From Candidatus Eiseniibacteriota bacterium (GTDB lineage: Bacteria; Eisenbacteria; RBG-16-71-46; CAIMUX01; VGJL01), in NCBI GenBank assembly GCA_963792585.1, contig CAWBWI010000006.1:672001-736000 (forward strand): a stretch of DNA of 64,000 nt, given 5' to 3'. Positions 38,172 through 48,556 of this stretch are shown here, one piece after another (position 1 is the stretch's first letter; the number at the start of each line of letters is the position of its first letter). Under the pieces are notes generated by a model that was not told the DNA's origin, ran no database searches, and saw only the letters and a list, made by a program, of their open reading frames with translations. The position numbers and the translations under genes were made by a program.

Positions 38172-39746
38172 GTGAAACCACGACTCCCCATCCACCCTCT
38201 TCTGCTCGCGCTCTTCCCCGTTCTCACGCTCTATCGGGAGAACATCGGAGAAATGCCGGTGACGGACATGGTGGGCCCCCTCTTGTTCGTCTTGGGCATC
38301 ACCGCGGCCCTGCTCATCCTGATGAGCCTCATCACGCGGCGCCCGGAGAAGACAGGCATCGCGCTGACGGCGTTTGTCCTCTTCTCGTTCTTCTACACGG
38401 CCGCCTTCGAGGCGCTGCAGGGCGTCCTCAATCCCCTCGGGCTCGTCCAGGCCCTGAAGAATCGGACCTTCTTCCCCGTGTGGGTGGTCCTCTTCCTCGT
38501 GATTCTGGTCCTCGTGGTCCGAACCGGTCGCGAGCTGAGAAACATGAGCAGGACGCTCACCATTGTCGGGATCGTCCTCTTCGCCATGGCGATCGTCCGG
38601 ATCGGGACGTTTCTGATCGTTCATCCGGATGTCGCCCGGGCGAACACGGACGCGATGAGAATGAATGCAATCGCGGAGTTCGGGGCCCCCATCGCGCTGG
38701 ACCGTCCGGCTGACCCACCCGACATCTACTACTTCATCTTCGATCGGTACCCAAGCAGCGAGGTCTTGCGGGACTTCTACCAATACGACAACGAGCCTTT
38801 CCTCGACATGTTGCGCGCGGCGGGGTTTCGGATCATCGATGAGGCCGTCGCCAATTATCCGATGACCCATCTGTCCCTGGCCTCCTCATTGAACATGAAC
38901 TACCTTGGCGCCACATACCAAGGACGACTCCACTACACGCCCTACGTGAGGCATAGTCTCGTCGTTCAGACACTCAAGAGAGCGGGATACCGGTACATCC
39001 ACCTCGGAAGCTGGTACGAGCCGACCCGAACAAGCCCCCTTGCCGATCGAAACGTCAAAGACCCTTTGATGATCTCGGAATTCGGAACGGCTCTTCTCGC
39101 TACCACGCCTTACCACCTGTTCGTTCCAAGCAACGACCGATACAGACAGGGGCTGTTCATACTGGATCACATGGAGCAGGTTTGTCGCGAACGTGGCCCG
39201 AAATTCGTCTTTGCCCACGTGCTGCTTCCGCATCCGCCCTATGTCTTCGACCGGGACGGGTCTCGGGTGCTGGACAGACAGGGCGCGTCGAGAGCGGAGA
39301 AAGAGAATTTCCTCAATCAACTTGAGTTCTTGAACGGCAGGATTGCGCGCATCATCGAAAGCCTGAAGGAGGATTCGCGGACGCCGCCGATCATCATCCT
39401 CCAGGGGGATGAAGGCCCTTACCTGGAGTTGGACGAGAAGGGGATCAGTGAGCCGGAGATGTGGCGCAAGAGGGCCGGGATTCTGAATGCCTACCATCTT
39501 CCGGGTGGAGACACGGGTCTCTATGACACGATCACCCCGGTAAACACGTTCCGGCTCCTGTTAAGCCGTTATTTCGGGGCCTCGCTCGATCTCTTGGATG
39601 ACCGGACGTACTACTGGTCTTCAACGAAGGCGGACGGCGGCATGACGGAGCCGTATGGGTCCTTTCCGTTCATAGAGATCACGAAGAGCCTCAAGTCTTC
39701 CGGCAAGGGGAAGCGGGCTCCTCGGGAGGAACCCGGGGACCGCTAG
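38172..39746 (+). CDS. Membrane-anchored sulfatase-like/LTA-synthase-like transferase
   Basis: About five N-terminal TMs; PDIYYFIFDRY, NYPMTHLS, HVLLPHPPY, ILQGDEG. Alternative start 38076. Confidence 0.8.
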   Translation: MKPRLPIHPLLLALFPVLTLYRENIGEMPVTDMVGPLLFVLGITAALLILMSLITRRPEKTGIALTAFVLFSFFYTAAFEALQGVLNPLGLVQALKNRTFFPVWVVLFLVILVLVVRTGRELRNMSRTLTIVGIVLFAMAIVRIGTFLIVHPDVARANTDAMRMNAIAEFGAPIALDRPADPPDIYYFIFDRYPSSEVLRDFYQYDNEPFLDMLRAAGFRIIDEAVANYPMTHLSLASSLNMNYLGATYQGRLHYTPYVRHSLVVQTLKRAGYRYIHLGSWYEPTRTSPLADRNVKDPLMISEFGTALLATTPYHLFVPSNDRYRQGLFILDHMEQVCRERGPKFVFAHVLLPHPPYVFDRDGSRVLDRQGASRAEKENFLNQLEFLNGRIARIIESLKEDSRTPPIIILQGDEGPYLELDEKGISEPEMWRKRAGILNAYHLPGGDTGLYDTITPVNTFRLLLSRYFGASLDLLDDRTYYWSSTKADGGMTEPYGSFPFIEITKSLKSSGKGKRAPREEPGDR

Positions 39747-39928
39747 GCAGTGGTCCGTCGATCGGTGGTCCCCATCTAGGAATCGTATCCGGGGCGTCGA
39801 ATCGCTCGGAAAGCGTTGCAGTTCGCCCTCACCCTGTGCAGTCTGCATGGCGTCCCGTGGCCACACCCGCGTAATCCCGCATCCTGACGTATCCACCGAC
39901 CGGAACGCTTCTTGCGGGAAGACGCGAT

Positions 39929-42900
39929 GTGAACCGAACCCTTCTCGTGATCGGACTGCTCTTCGGCCTCGCCGCCCCCGCTCTCGCGACCCGGGGCGTG
40001 GCCAACTATCCCAAGGTGCTCACCTACTCATCGGCCATGAGCGAACTCCCCCCGGCGGTTCGGGATACCCTCTCCTGGTACGACGTCATCGTTTGTATGG
40101 ACCGACCCACGACGCTCCAGGGATTGCGCGAGCGCAATCCGGACCAGCGCTACCTGTGGCAGGTCCAGCCGCAGTACTCCGAGCCCTTCACCGGAGAGAA
40201 TCCCTGGTGGTTGCCGGACACCACGTGGAGCGTGAAACGCCTCTTCATGCTTTACGTGAAGCAGAATGATTGGTACCTCCGGGACATCAACGGCGAGATC
40301 GTGACCGACGGCGTTCACCTGCTGGTGAACTGGACCCGTTACTGCCCGGTCGGAACCTATGGATCGGCCAAGGGCCTTCGCGCCTCCCAATGGATGGCGA
40401 GCGTGGGGCTTCCTGCCGTCATCCTATCCGGCCGAGGCATGCCGCCATGGAGTTGGGACTCTCACGACTCCTACAACGGTCTCATGTTCGAGATCCTCGC
40501 GGACTGCCTCGGGTCCTACGGATGGGGGCCGCTTCAGTATGCGGACCCGAATCAGGACGGCATCCCGGAAGGGGTCACGCACACGTGCACCGGTGGCGGA
40601 ACCGACGATCCGCTCTCGGTCCTCTTTCGTGAGGAGAACGAGGAGTTCTACGAGAGACTCTCGGCGGCGTTTCCCGCCGACTTCGTCTTCACCATCAACG
40701 AAAACACGAGCCCCGTAGGTCCCTGGTGGCGCACCCGTCTCTCCGGCATGAAGCTGGAAAACTGGATGCGCGGCCTCGGCGCCGGCTGGCTGGACTGGTG
40801 GGACTACTTCTATGGGATCACCCCACCGGATTTCCCGGGTGTGAATTGGGGTTCCGGGTACTACTGGGCCGAGCAAAATTACGACAGGCCCGTCGCCGAT
40901 CGGCTCAAGGGCTGGGACCTCTCCTTCATCGTCACATGGAAGGAGCAGAACAAGAGCGGGGTCGAGAACTTGCAGCAGATGCGTTTCGGGCTCGGCACCG
41001 CGATGCTTGGCGATGGGTACTTCAATTACAGTCTCGATGATCGTCATCCGCAATGGCAGCCGGAGTTCGACTGGGATTTCGGTGATCCCATGGGGGATTT
41101 CGCCCGCGAGCTGTATGGGTCGGACACCTTGTACGTCCGCACATTCACGAAGGGGATGGTCGCGGTGAATCCCAACGCGACCGCCGTGGATGACGTGCCC
41201 GCGCATGACTCGCGCTTCACCTTCTGGTTGCCGGTCGAGGATCTGCAGGGCGAACCGGCGGGGCAGGATGCGATTCGCGCAAACTGGACGACACCCCAGG
41301 GAGATCACAACGACGCGGATTCGTTCGAGCTTCGCTATGCGACATCGCCGATCACGATGGAGACCTGGGCGGACGCGGCGCCTTACGCCGGCAATCCGAT
41401 CATCGCGACGCCGGGCTCACCGGTCGACGTTCGCATCGACGGCCTCGCCTCGGGACAGACTTACTCCCTCGCGGTTCGGACCCGCACTCAGGGTCGGCCC
41501 GAGCCCATCCTGTCGAACATCGCGCAGGCGGCGACCGACGGGGTTCCGGATACGACGCTGCCGGGGATGATCGTCGATCTCCGCGCCACCGACGTGGGGC
41601 AGGACTGGATCCAGCTGGCCTGGACTTCCGTAGGCGATGACGGGGACATCGGCATCGCGGCCCATACCCGCATCCGCATTCTCCTGGACGACTCGATCGA
41701 GGACGAGACCGATTGGAATCGTTCGATCGTCGTGAACGGTGTGGGCGCACCCCGACCGCCGGGCGCCACCGACACGTACCGGATCCGGGGTCTCGCCGCG
41801 GGACGCAGCTACGGCATTGCCGTGCGTGCGCAGGACGACGTCGGCCACCTCTCGCCCCTGCACCCCGCCGTACAGGTTCGAACGGACGATGCGCCGCCCC
41901 CGCCACCGGTCGATCGCGAACCGCCGGCGACGATCACCGACCTCGCGGGAGAAACGGGGGACCCGGGTGAGATCCGGATCCGCTGGAGCGCGCCCGGAGA
42001 CGATGGCTGGGAGGGCCTTGCCGATCACTACCTGATCCGATACCTCCGGAATCGCGCCATCGCGACCGAGAGTGACTGGACCAGCGCCACGCCCTACACC
42101 CGGGACCTTCCCGAGCCAGGCGCAGCTCGGTCGCTCCAGAGCATCGATCTGACCGGCCTCACCCCCGGCGCCTCCTATGGCATCTGCGTCCGGGCGGTCG
42201 ACGATGGGGGCAACGTCGGCGGCATCTCGAACGCCCTTGTCCGCGCCGCAGGAGCGGAGACTCCCCCGCCTGTAGATGACATCCCTCCGAGCGCGATCGC
42301 GGATCTGGTCGCGGAATCGGTGACCGAGACCGGCGCGATCCTGACCTGGACCGCAACGGGCGACGATGGTGACCAGGGCACCGCGATGGTCTACGAGTTC
42401 GGGCTCCTGAGAGGCCGGGCGATCGCGGGCCAAGCCGACTGGGTTGCCGCCGATCCCAAGGATGTCGCCCTTCCGCAACCCGCTCGAGCCGGCACCAGGC
42501 AGACCTACTCCCTCACCGGTCTTGATCCGGGCACGATCTACGGGGTCGCGATGCGCGCCCGCGATGAGGCGGACAACCTGAGCCCACTCGGTCCTCCGAC
42601 AACCATCGAAACCGCGGCACCCCCACCACCTCCTCCCCCGGATCCGCAACCGCCGGCAGCGATCGCCGACCTGCGGCTCGTCGCGGTTGGGGTCGATACC
42701 GCCCGGATCGAGTGGACCTCTCCGGGGGATGATGGTGACGTCGGGCAGGCCCTGCTCTATCTGATCCGGCTTCGGGTCGGCGGCACCATCGCAACGGAAG
42801 CGGACTGGCAGGCGGCGACGGTAGTGGACACCTCCGGCATCGGTCTCCCCGCAACGGCGGGAACGACGGAGCAGTGGACCCTGAGGGGCCTCGCACAGGA

Positions 42901-44644
42901 GACCCACTATGGACTCGCCATTCGGGCGGTTGACGATTCCGCACTGGTCGGCGGCATCTCGAATCCTCTCGAGTGGACGACGGAATCCCCGCCGCCCGAG
43001 CCGACCCAACCCGAGATGATCGTCGACCTGACGGGCACAAGCCATGGACCCCATTGGGTCGAGCTCGCGTGGACGGCGCCGGCCGTTCAACCGACTGGAG
43101 TTCCCGCCTCACGCTATCGGATCGCATACCGTGTCGGGACGGAGCCGATCGGATCGGAGGAGGCGTGGCTTTCCTCGCTTCAGCCCGATGCCCCGCTGCC
43201 CGTCCCCGCGGACCCCGGCACTCAGGAGCGCTGGACCCTCGAGGGGCTCGCGCCCGCAACCCACTATGCGATCACCCTGCGCGCGGAGGACGCGGCAGGG
43301 CATGTCAGCGACCTCGGTCCCTCCCTCCGCGTGGAGACGAGCGCAGCGCCCGACACGACGGTCGATCCGCCACCGCCGCCGCGTGATCCACCGCCCGCGC
43401 CGATCCTGGATCTGGCGGCCATCGACCGGGGCACCACATGGGTCGACCTGACATGGACCGCGGTCGGAGGGGACAGTCTCGACGGCAGGGCAGCGCGGTA
43501 CGATGCCCGCGTACTCCAGGGCCGCGCCATTGTCGATGAGAGCGATTGGAGCGCCTCGCCGTCGGTGGAGACGGCGATGCCGAATCCGGCGGTGTCGGGG
43601 ACGATCGAGCGCGTGCGGATCGAAGGGCTCGCGCCCGGCATCGCGTACGGATTCTCCGTCCGCGCGGTCGACGATGTGGGTCAGGCGTCCGCGCTGACCG
43701 GGGGGGTCCTCGTCACGACCCTCACCCCACCACCGGAACCGCCCGCTCCGATTCGAGACTTGACCGTTGAGGAGATCACGACCAGCGGGGCGCGCGTTCG
43801 CTGGTCCCATTCGTCCGATCCGGGGGATCCCGGGGCTCCCGCACGTTTCGTGGTGGGAATCTCGCGCGATCCCATCGATGGCGCGACGTGGCCCCAAGCC
43901 CGCAAGCATCCGAACCCGCCCCTTCCCGGCGATGCCGGCGACATCGTGGTTGCCGTCTGGGACGACCTCGAAGAAAGCACGCCCTACTGGACGGCCGTGC
44001 GTGTGCAGAACGCCGACAGCCTCTGGTCGACCCTGGTCGCAGTGGCGTTCACGACATCCACCGCACCGGACCTGGCCCCTCCCGCGACCCCATCGGGCCT
44101 CCGGATCGCCGGCATCGATGATTTCGGGCAGACGCGTCTCGAATGGGATCCGTCATCGGACGCCGACCTCGCCGGCTACCGCGTCTATGGGCGATCCGAC
44201 GGAGGGACATGGCACGTCCTGGTCGCCGAGATGCTGTCCGCGAGCGCATCGAGCGTCGTTCTGACCGCACCCCCAGGCACCGAGTTCGCATTGGCCGCGG
44301 TCGACATCGCGGGCAACGAGAGCAGCTTCAGTTCCCCCGTGCTCCTCGAGGACCGCATCCTTGGCCTGCGAGGACCATTCCCCCATCCCGTGACCGACCG
44401 CTGCCGCTTCGAGGTGGATCTGCCGCTGGGAGTCCCCTCCACCGAGGTCGTGCTCCGTATCCTGGATTCCACAGGCAAGGAGATCCGGCGCGTGGAAGGG
44501 GGCACACCGGTCGGAGTGGGTGTGATCGGGATCCCCTGGGATCGGAAGGACGGCACGGGGCACCCGGCCGCGCCGGGATTCTACCTCGTCGTCCTCGAGG
44601 CTGGCGGAAGAACCCTGCATCGACGGATCTTCGCCGCGCCCTGA
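39929..44644 (+). CDS. Large secreted protein: putative glycoside-hydrolase-like N-domain, about 9 FN3 repeats, FlgD-Ig/T9SS-like CTD
   Basis: Signal peptide; MRFGLGTAMLGDGYF...W.PEFD..FG.P (GHL15-like); repeated I.DL...W..PGDDG...Y...VRA.D FN3 units with Pro linkers; WDRKDGTGHPAAPGFYLV. Confidence 0.8.
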   Translation: MNRTLLVIGLLFGLAAPALATRGVANYPKVLTYSSAMSELPPAVRDTLSWYDVIVCMDRPTTLQGLRERNPDQRYLWQVQPQYSEPFTGENPWWLPDTTWSVKRLFMLYVKQNDWYLRDINGEIVTDGVHLLVNWTRYCPVGTYGSAKGLRASQWMASVGLPAVILSGRGMPPWSWDSHDSYNGLMFEILADCLGSYGWGPLQYADPNQDGIPEGVTHTCTGGGTDDPLSVLFREENEEFYERLSAAFPADFVFTINENTSPVGPWWRTRLSGMKLENWMRGLGAGWLDWWDYFYGITPPDFPGVNWGSGYYWAEQNYDRPVADRLKGWDLSFIVTWKEQNKSGVENLQQMRFGLGTAMLGDGYFNYSLDDRHPQWQPEFDWDFGDPMGDFARELYGSDTLYVRTFTKGMVAVNPNATAVDDVPAHDSRFTFWLPVEDLQGEPAGQDAIRANWTTPQGDHNDADSFELRYATSPITMETWADAAPYAGNPIIATPGSPVDVRIDGLASGQTYSLAVRTRTQGRPEPILSNIAQAATDGVPDTTLPGMIVDLRATDVGQDWIQLAWTSVGDDGDIGIAAHTRIRILLDDSIEDETDWNRSIVVNGVGAPRPPGATDTYRIRGLAAGRSYGIAVRAQDDVGHLSPLHPAVQVRTDDAPPPPPVDREPPATITDLAGETGDPGEIRIRWSAPGDDGWEGLADHYLIRYLRNRAIATESDWTSATPYTRDLPEPGAARSLQSIDLTGLTPGASYGICVRAVDDGGNVGGISNALVRAAGAETPPPVDDIPPSAIADLVAESVTETGAILTWTATGDDGDQGTAMVYEFGLLRGRAIAGQADWVAADPKDVALPQPARAGTRQTYSLTGLDPGTIYGVAMRARDEADNLSPLGPPTTIETAAPPPPPPPDPQPPAAIADLRLVAVGVDTARIEWTSPGDDGDVGQALLYLIRLRVGGTIATEADWQAATVVDTSGIGLPATAGTTEQWTLRGLAQETHYGLAIRAVDDSALVGGISNPLEWTTESPPPEPTQPEMIVDLTGTSHGPHWVELAWTAPAVQPTGVPASRYRIAYRVGTEPIGSEEAWLSSLQPDAPLPVPADPGTQERWTLEGLAPATHYAITLRAEDAAGHVSDLGPSLRVETSAAPDTTVDPPPPPRDPPPAPILDLAAIDRGTTWVDLTWTAVGGDSLDGRAARYDARVLQGRAIVDESDWSASPSVETAMPNPAVSGTIERVRIEGLAPGIAYGFSVRAVDDVGQASALTGGVLVTTLTPPPEPPAPIRDLTVEEITTSGARVRWSHSSDPGDPGAPARFVVGISRDPIDGATWPQARKHPNPPLPGDAGDIVVAVWDDLEESTPYWTAVRVQNADSLWSTLVAVAFTTSTAPDLAPPATPSGLRIAGIDDFGQTRLEWDPSSDADLAGYRVYGRSDGGTWHVLVAEMLSASASSVVLTAPPGTEFALAAVDIAGNESSFSSPVLLEDRILGLRGPFPHPVTDRCRFEVDLPLGVPSTEVVLRILDSTGKEIRRVEGGTPVGVGVIGIPWDRKDGTGHPAAPGFYLVVLEAGGRTLHRRIFAAP

Positions 44645-44777
44645 CGATCGCCCGGTCACAGGGCGATCGGGAGGAAATCGGTAGAACCGAACCAACCGGA
44701 TCGGGCCGAGGCGACCCCACGTACGCTCCAACTCGAAACCGACCCCTGCACGATACCGCTCCGGGTCGACGGAGGCG

Positions 44778-44807
44778 TTGACCCGATCCCTCGATATCGC
44801 GTATACT
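44778..44807 (+). promoter_or_regulatory. Putative sigma70 promoter TTGACC-N18-TATACT
   Basis: Near-consensus boxes about 75 bp upstream of ATG 44884. Confidence 0.55.
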
Positions 44808-44883
44808 TATCCCTACTTGAAGCATGGGTTGTGCCTTAGCGGCCTGTTGCATTGATCCGACAACGGCTCCCTGGGAGGGGTGC

Positions 44884-47079
44884 ATGCTCTCTGTCGCCGC
44901 GGCTGCTCGACATGGCTGGCCCTTGCATCTCGCCCGTCTTGCTGAATCCGGGAGACGGGTCGTCCTTCCCTTGATGGCGACGCTCGCCGCCATCGCTTCG
45001 TACGGTCAACCCGCAGCCGCCTATCGCTTGAGCCTCGACATCCGGGACACCCTGGGAAATCCGCTGCAGGCGCGGGTCCGAATCGTGGATCAGACCAACC
45101 ACCTTCATCCCGACTCGATCGATGCGGCACGCCTCTGTTTCCTGGGGGCGGGAGGATACTTCTACGCGGACAGCGCGACGTGGGTTGATGTCCCGGCGGG
45201 CGTGACCCGGGTGACCGTCGGCAGGGGTTTCGAGTGGAAGCCCTACAACCGCACGATCTATGTGCAAAGCGATACTCTGGTCCAGGTGACCCTCGAACGC
45301 CTGGTCGATTTCGGCGGGATGGGTTGGTTCGGTGGAGACCTACACGCACACACGCAGCACGAGCCCCTTGATTACTCGATCCCTCCCCTCACCGCGAAGC
45401 TGATGGCGCGCGCGGAAGGACTCTCCGTCCTTCATCTTCTCGATCAGGAAACCAATTTTACCGGCTACCCGGATGCGACCTCGGACGCGCAGACCATCCT
45501 CTACTATTCGTTCGAGTACAGGAACCAGGCGTACGGGCACGTGCCCCTACCGGGCCTTACGCAAGTGATCCCGCGCAGCTGCTGCTTCTATCCCGGACAG
45601 GCCTGGCCCATGATCGTCGATCTGCGTAAGGACATCGTTCCCCTGAAGGGCCCGATGATCGTCCTTGGGCACCCCCACACGACCAATGACTACTACCTGG
45701 ACGGCACATGGCCCGGGGCCGGACTCGGCCGCGAGCTCCCCGTGCTGGCAGCGTTCGGCATGCTCGATGCGATGGACGTCGTTTCGTTCAGCAACGTTCC
45801 CTATGGCGACTGGAACGAGTGGTACGACATCCTGTCCAGCGGCGTGGCCTGCCCCGCGTCGGCGGGGACCGATGTGATCCTCACCGGGTTTGCCAGCAAC
45901 CCTGTCGGAGGTTGGCGCGTCTACACCGATCTGGGCGCCGGGCAACCCCTCGACTACTGGGCTTGGGTCGACGCGCTGAAGGCGGGACGCACATTCGTCA
46001 CGAACTACCCTCTCATCTCCGAGTTCACCGTGGGTGGGCACGGTCCGGGGGAAACGATCAATGTGACGACCGGTGATGTTCTCGATGAAGAGATCCACAT
46101 ACACGCATACTGTGCCGTCGGCCTCAGCAAGATCTCCATCCTGGCGGAGGGTTCCGAGGTCTGGTCCATGAGCTTCGCTGGACAGATCCCCCCCGTGTTA
46201 GAGACCGACCAGATCGTGCACCTGCAGATCCCTACACCGTCCTGGTTGGTCGCCAAGGTGGAGGGTCTCACCGGGAATCCGCACGCTGCGGTCGGCGCGC
46301 CGCTGGCCATCACCTCGGCGATACGGACCTTGCGCGACGGGCAACCGATCCGCCGGACCGGGGCATCCGGACGAATGCTCGATTCCCTCGATCGCCTCGC
46401 GAACTTCGTCGACATCCGCGGCAACTGGGAGCACACGTGGGAGCGGGATTCGGTCATGACGCGCATCGACCGGGCCCGGGCATTCTACAACCAAGCCTTC
46501 GTGGTCGCCCCCAACCCGTTCCTGTTGGTCGCCCCGGCAGACGGCGATTCGGTCGCGACTGGAGACCTCACCCTCCGGTGGCAGACGGGAGGGGATCCCG
46601 AGGTCGGCGATCGCATCAGCTACGTTGTCCGGATCGCATCCGACTCCACCATGGCGCACCCCTTGAGTTACAAGACGGGCCAGAACAGCCTGAATGGCAT
46701 GCTCTTGGTGCCGGACCGCTGGTACTGGTGGAATGTGGACGCGGTCGACCGCGGGGGCAATACGACCCGATCCACACCCACGATCTCCAAGTTCTTCGCT
46801 CGAAGCGCGACGTCGGATGTCGCGGGCGCACAACCGCGGCTCGTGCTTCCGCGCGGCGTGCCGAATCCCAGCACGGGCATCGTGCGCTTCGAGGGGCTGG
46901 CCGAGCCGGTTTCCATCGTGGACGTGACCGGCCGGCGCGTCGCCGGTAGCGGCGACGGCGTCATGATGGTCGACGGCGTGCTGGTGTGGGACGGAACGAT
47001 CCACGGGCACCCGGCCCCTCCCGGCATCTATCTCGCACGGGGTGGCGCAGCCACGGTTCGTGTGATTCGCCTTCCCTAG
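44884..47079 (+). CDS. CehA/McbA-family (PHP-like) metallohydrolase with degenerate C-terminal FlgD/T9SS-like domain
   Basis: WFGGDLHAHTQH, GHPH, AGTD, ALKAGRTFVTN; C-terminal PNPS...DVTGRRV...WDG...PGIYL. Confidence 0.8.
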   Translation: MLSVAAAARHGWPLHLARLAESGRRVVLPLMATLAAIASYGQPAAAYRLSLDIRDTLGNPLQARVRIVDQTNHLHPDSIDAARLCFLGAGGYFYADSATWVDVPAGVTRVTVGRGFEWKPYNRTIYVQSDTLVQVTLERLVDFGGMGWFGGDLHAHTQHEPLDYSIPPLTAKLMARAEGLSVLHLLDQETNFTGYPDATSDAQTILYYSFEYRNQAYGHVPLPGLTQVIPRSCCFYPGQAWPMIVDLRKDIVPLKGPMIVLGHPHTTNDYYLDGTWPGAGLGRELPVLAAFGMLDAMDVVSFSNVPYGDWNEWYDILSSGVACPASAGTDVILTGFASNPVGGWRVYTDLGAGQPLDYWAWVDALKAGRTFVTNYPLISEFTVGGHGPGETINVTTGDVLDEEIHIHAYCAVGLSKISILAEGSEVWSMSFAGQIPPVLETDQIVHLQIPTPSWLVAKVEGLTGNPHAAVGAPLAITSAIRTLRDGQPIRRTGASGRMLDSLDRLANFVDIRGNWEHTWERDSVMTRIDRARAFYNQAFVVAPNPFLLVAPADGDSVATGDLTLRWQTGGDPEVGDRISYVVRIASDSTMAHPLSYKTGQNSLNGMLLVPDRWYWWNVDAVDRGGNTTRSTPTISKFFARSATSDVAGAQPRLVLPRGVPNPSTGIVRFEGLAEPVSIVDVTGRRVAGSGDGVMMVDGVLVWDGTIHGHPAPPGIYLARGGAATVRVIRLP

Positions 47080-47141
47080 AACCCGCGAATTCCCCTGCTC
47101 AGAGGGTCCCTCCCCAAGCTGAACCGCTCAGCGTGGGTGCA

Positions 47142-47594
47142 TCAGCCCGCTCTCAAGGCCGCCTGGACGACTTCCTCCAGGTGCTGCAGAAAGCGCGAGC
47201 GATCTCGCTTCTCGAACGGTGCGGGGCCGCCCGTGATCGTCCCGAGTTCGCGGAGGTGAGCCGAGATCGCCCGGGACGCGAGGGCATCGCCGATGGAATC
47301 TTCCGTGAAGATCCGACCGTTGGGAGCGAGCACCCGGGCACCCTTCTGCAGACACCGGGACGCCAGGGGAATGTCGGCGGAGACTACGATGTCGTTGCCC
47401 GCGACATGGTCCACGATCCAGTCATCCGCGGAGTCGAACTGCCCGTCCACGACGACCAGCGTCAGGTAGGTCTCCTGCGGAATGCGCATCCACGCATTGC
47501 TCACCAGCGTGACCGAGAGGCCGTGACGCCGGGCTACACGACTGATTTCCTGCTTCACGGGACACGCGTCAGCATCTACGAAGATGTTGACCAT
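47142..47594 (-). CDS. YaiI/YqxD family (UPF0178)
   Basis: IFVDADACPVK, DSADDWIV, DIPLA, TGGPAPF...DRSRF. Confidence 0.95.
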   Translation of the reverse strand: MVNIFVDADACPVKQEISRVARRHGLSVTLVSNAWMRIPQETYLTLVVVDGQFDSADDWIVDHVAGNDIVVSADIPLASRCLQKGARVLAPNGRIFTEDSIGDALASRAISAHLRELGTITGGPAPFEKRDRSRFLQHLEEVVQAALRAG

Positions 47595-47672
47595 TTCCCC
47601 TCCTGTCATGCCGGCTGCCGCGCGGTGGGGTCGAGGGCGAGCGCACGGTGCGCGCGGCCATCGGGGCCAGCG

Positions 47673-48227
47673 TCACTTCGTCAGCTTCGCAAGCAGGACG
47701 TCGCAGGCATTGTCGCCGCATCGTGTGATCTGGAGCTGCCCACCCTCCACCACGGCGCGGACCTTGTGCTTGGAGATGACCTCCCCATCGAGGAGTATGG
47801 CGACCGTGCCTCCCAGGTGCGCCCGAGTGAAGTCCTCCAACGGCTTCACCTGTTCATGGGAGAGAGTCACACTCAGCATGGTCCAGCCGCGGCCGTCCTT
47901 CCTGGCATCCGGGGGCCCGGAGAGGACCAGCGGCACATAGCTCTCGGTATCGAGTGCGAGATACTCCGGAGGCGTGGCCGGGTCGGCATCCGTGTACTTC
48001 CGATCATAGACCACGACGCTGTGTCCGGGTCCTTCCAGGCGCGCGCTGTCGGGCATCGATGCTTCCCGGATCACGGCATAGAGACCATTCGGGAGTGCCG
48101 TCGCCTCGTGCTCGCTCCTCGTCGAGGAACGCTCCTTTGGCGTGGAGTTCCGCGTGCAGGAGGGTGTCAGCCACAGCTGGGCCAGGAATATCATGCACAA
48201 GGTCAGACGCGCGAATCGGGGCGACAT
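47673..48227 (-). CDS. Exported protein with SecDF P1-head-like domain
   Basis: LEDFTRAHLGGTVAILLDGEVIS...V.GGQLQIT; signal/lipoprotein-like N-terminus. Confidence 0.65.
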   Translation of the reverse strand: MSPRFARLTLCMIFLAQLWLTPSCTRNSTPKERSSTRSEHEATALPNGLYAVIREASMPDSARLEGPGHSVVVYDRKYTDADPATPPEYLALDTESYVPLVLSGPPDARKDGRGWTMLSVTLSHEQVKPLEDFTRAHLGGTVAILLDGEVISKHKVRAVVEGGQLQITRCGDNACDVLLAKLTK

Positions 48228-48347
48228 CCTCACCCACCCTTTCTGGGGCCGCCATCCGGATCCGGTCCCGAGCCTGCGGCCACCCGGGAGGATACCCTCT
48301 TGCACGGGATTGGCGCACGCAGACACCCGCACGCGCACGCGGGGCCG

Positions 48348-48377
48348 TTGAGGAAAGATGCGGAACATGTTACAATT
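48348..48377 (+). promoter_or_regulatory. Putative sigma70 promoter TTGAGG-N17-TACAAT with extended -10 TG
   Basis: Read directly from sequence; upstream of the CDS at 48557. Confidence 0.55.
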
Positions 48378-48556
48378 TGGCGCCGAAACGGGACCATCTC
48401 CCGTGCCGGTGGGCGAGGTCGCCGGCGCCGACCGATCGGTCTCGCACCGTCGGTCGCCGGAACCGATTTCCGCGTCGTAGTATGAGTTGCTGACCTGGTG
48501 GTCGCCCGGCTGTCCCTTCGTGCTCGGGCGCGAAGGAACGAAGGAGGAAAGCATCC

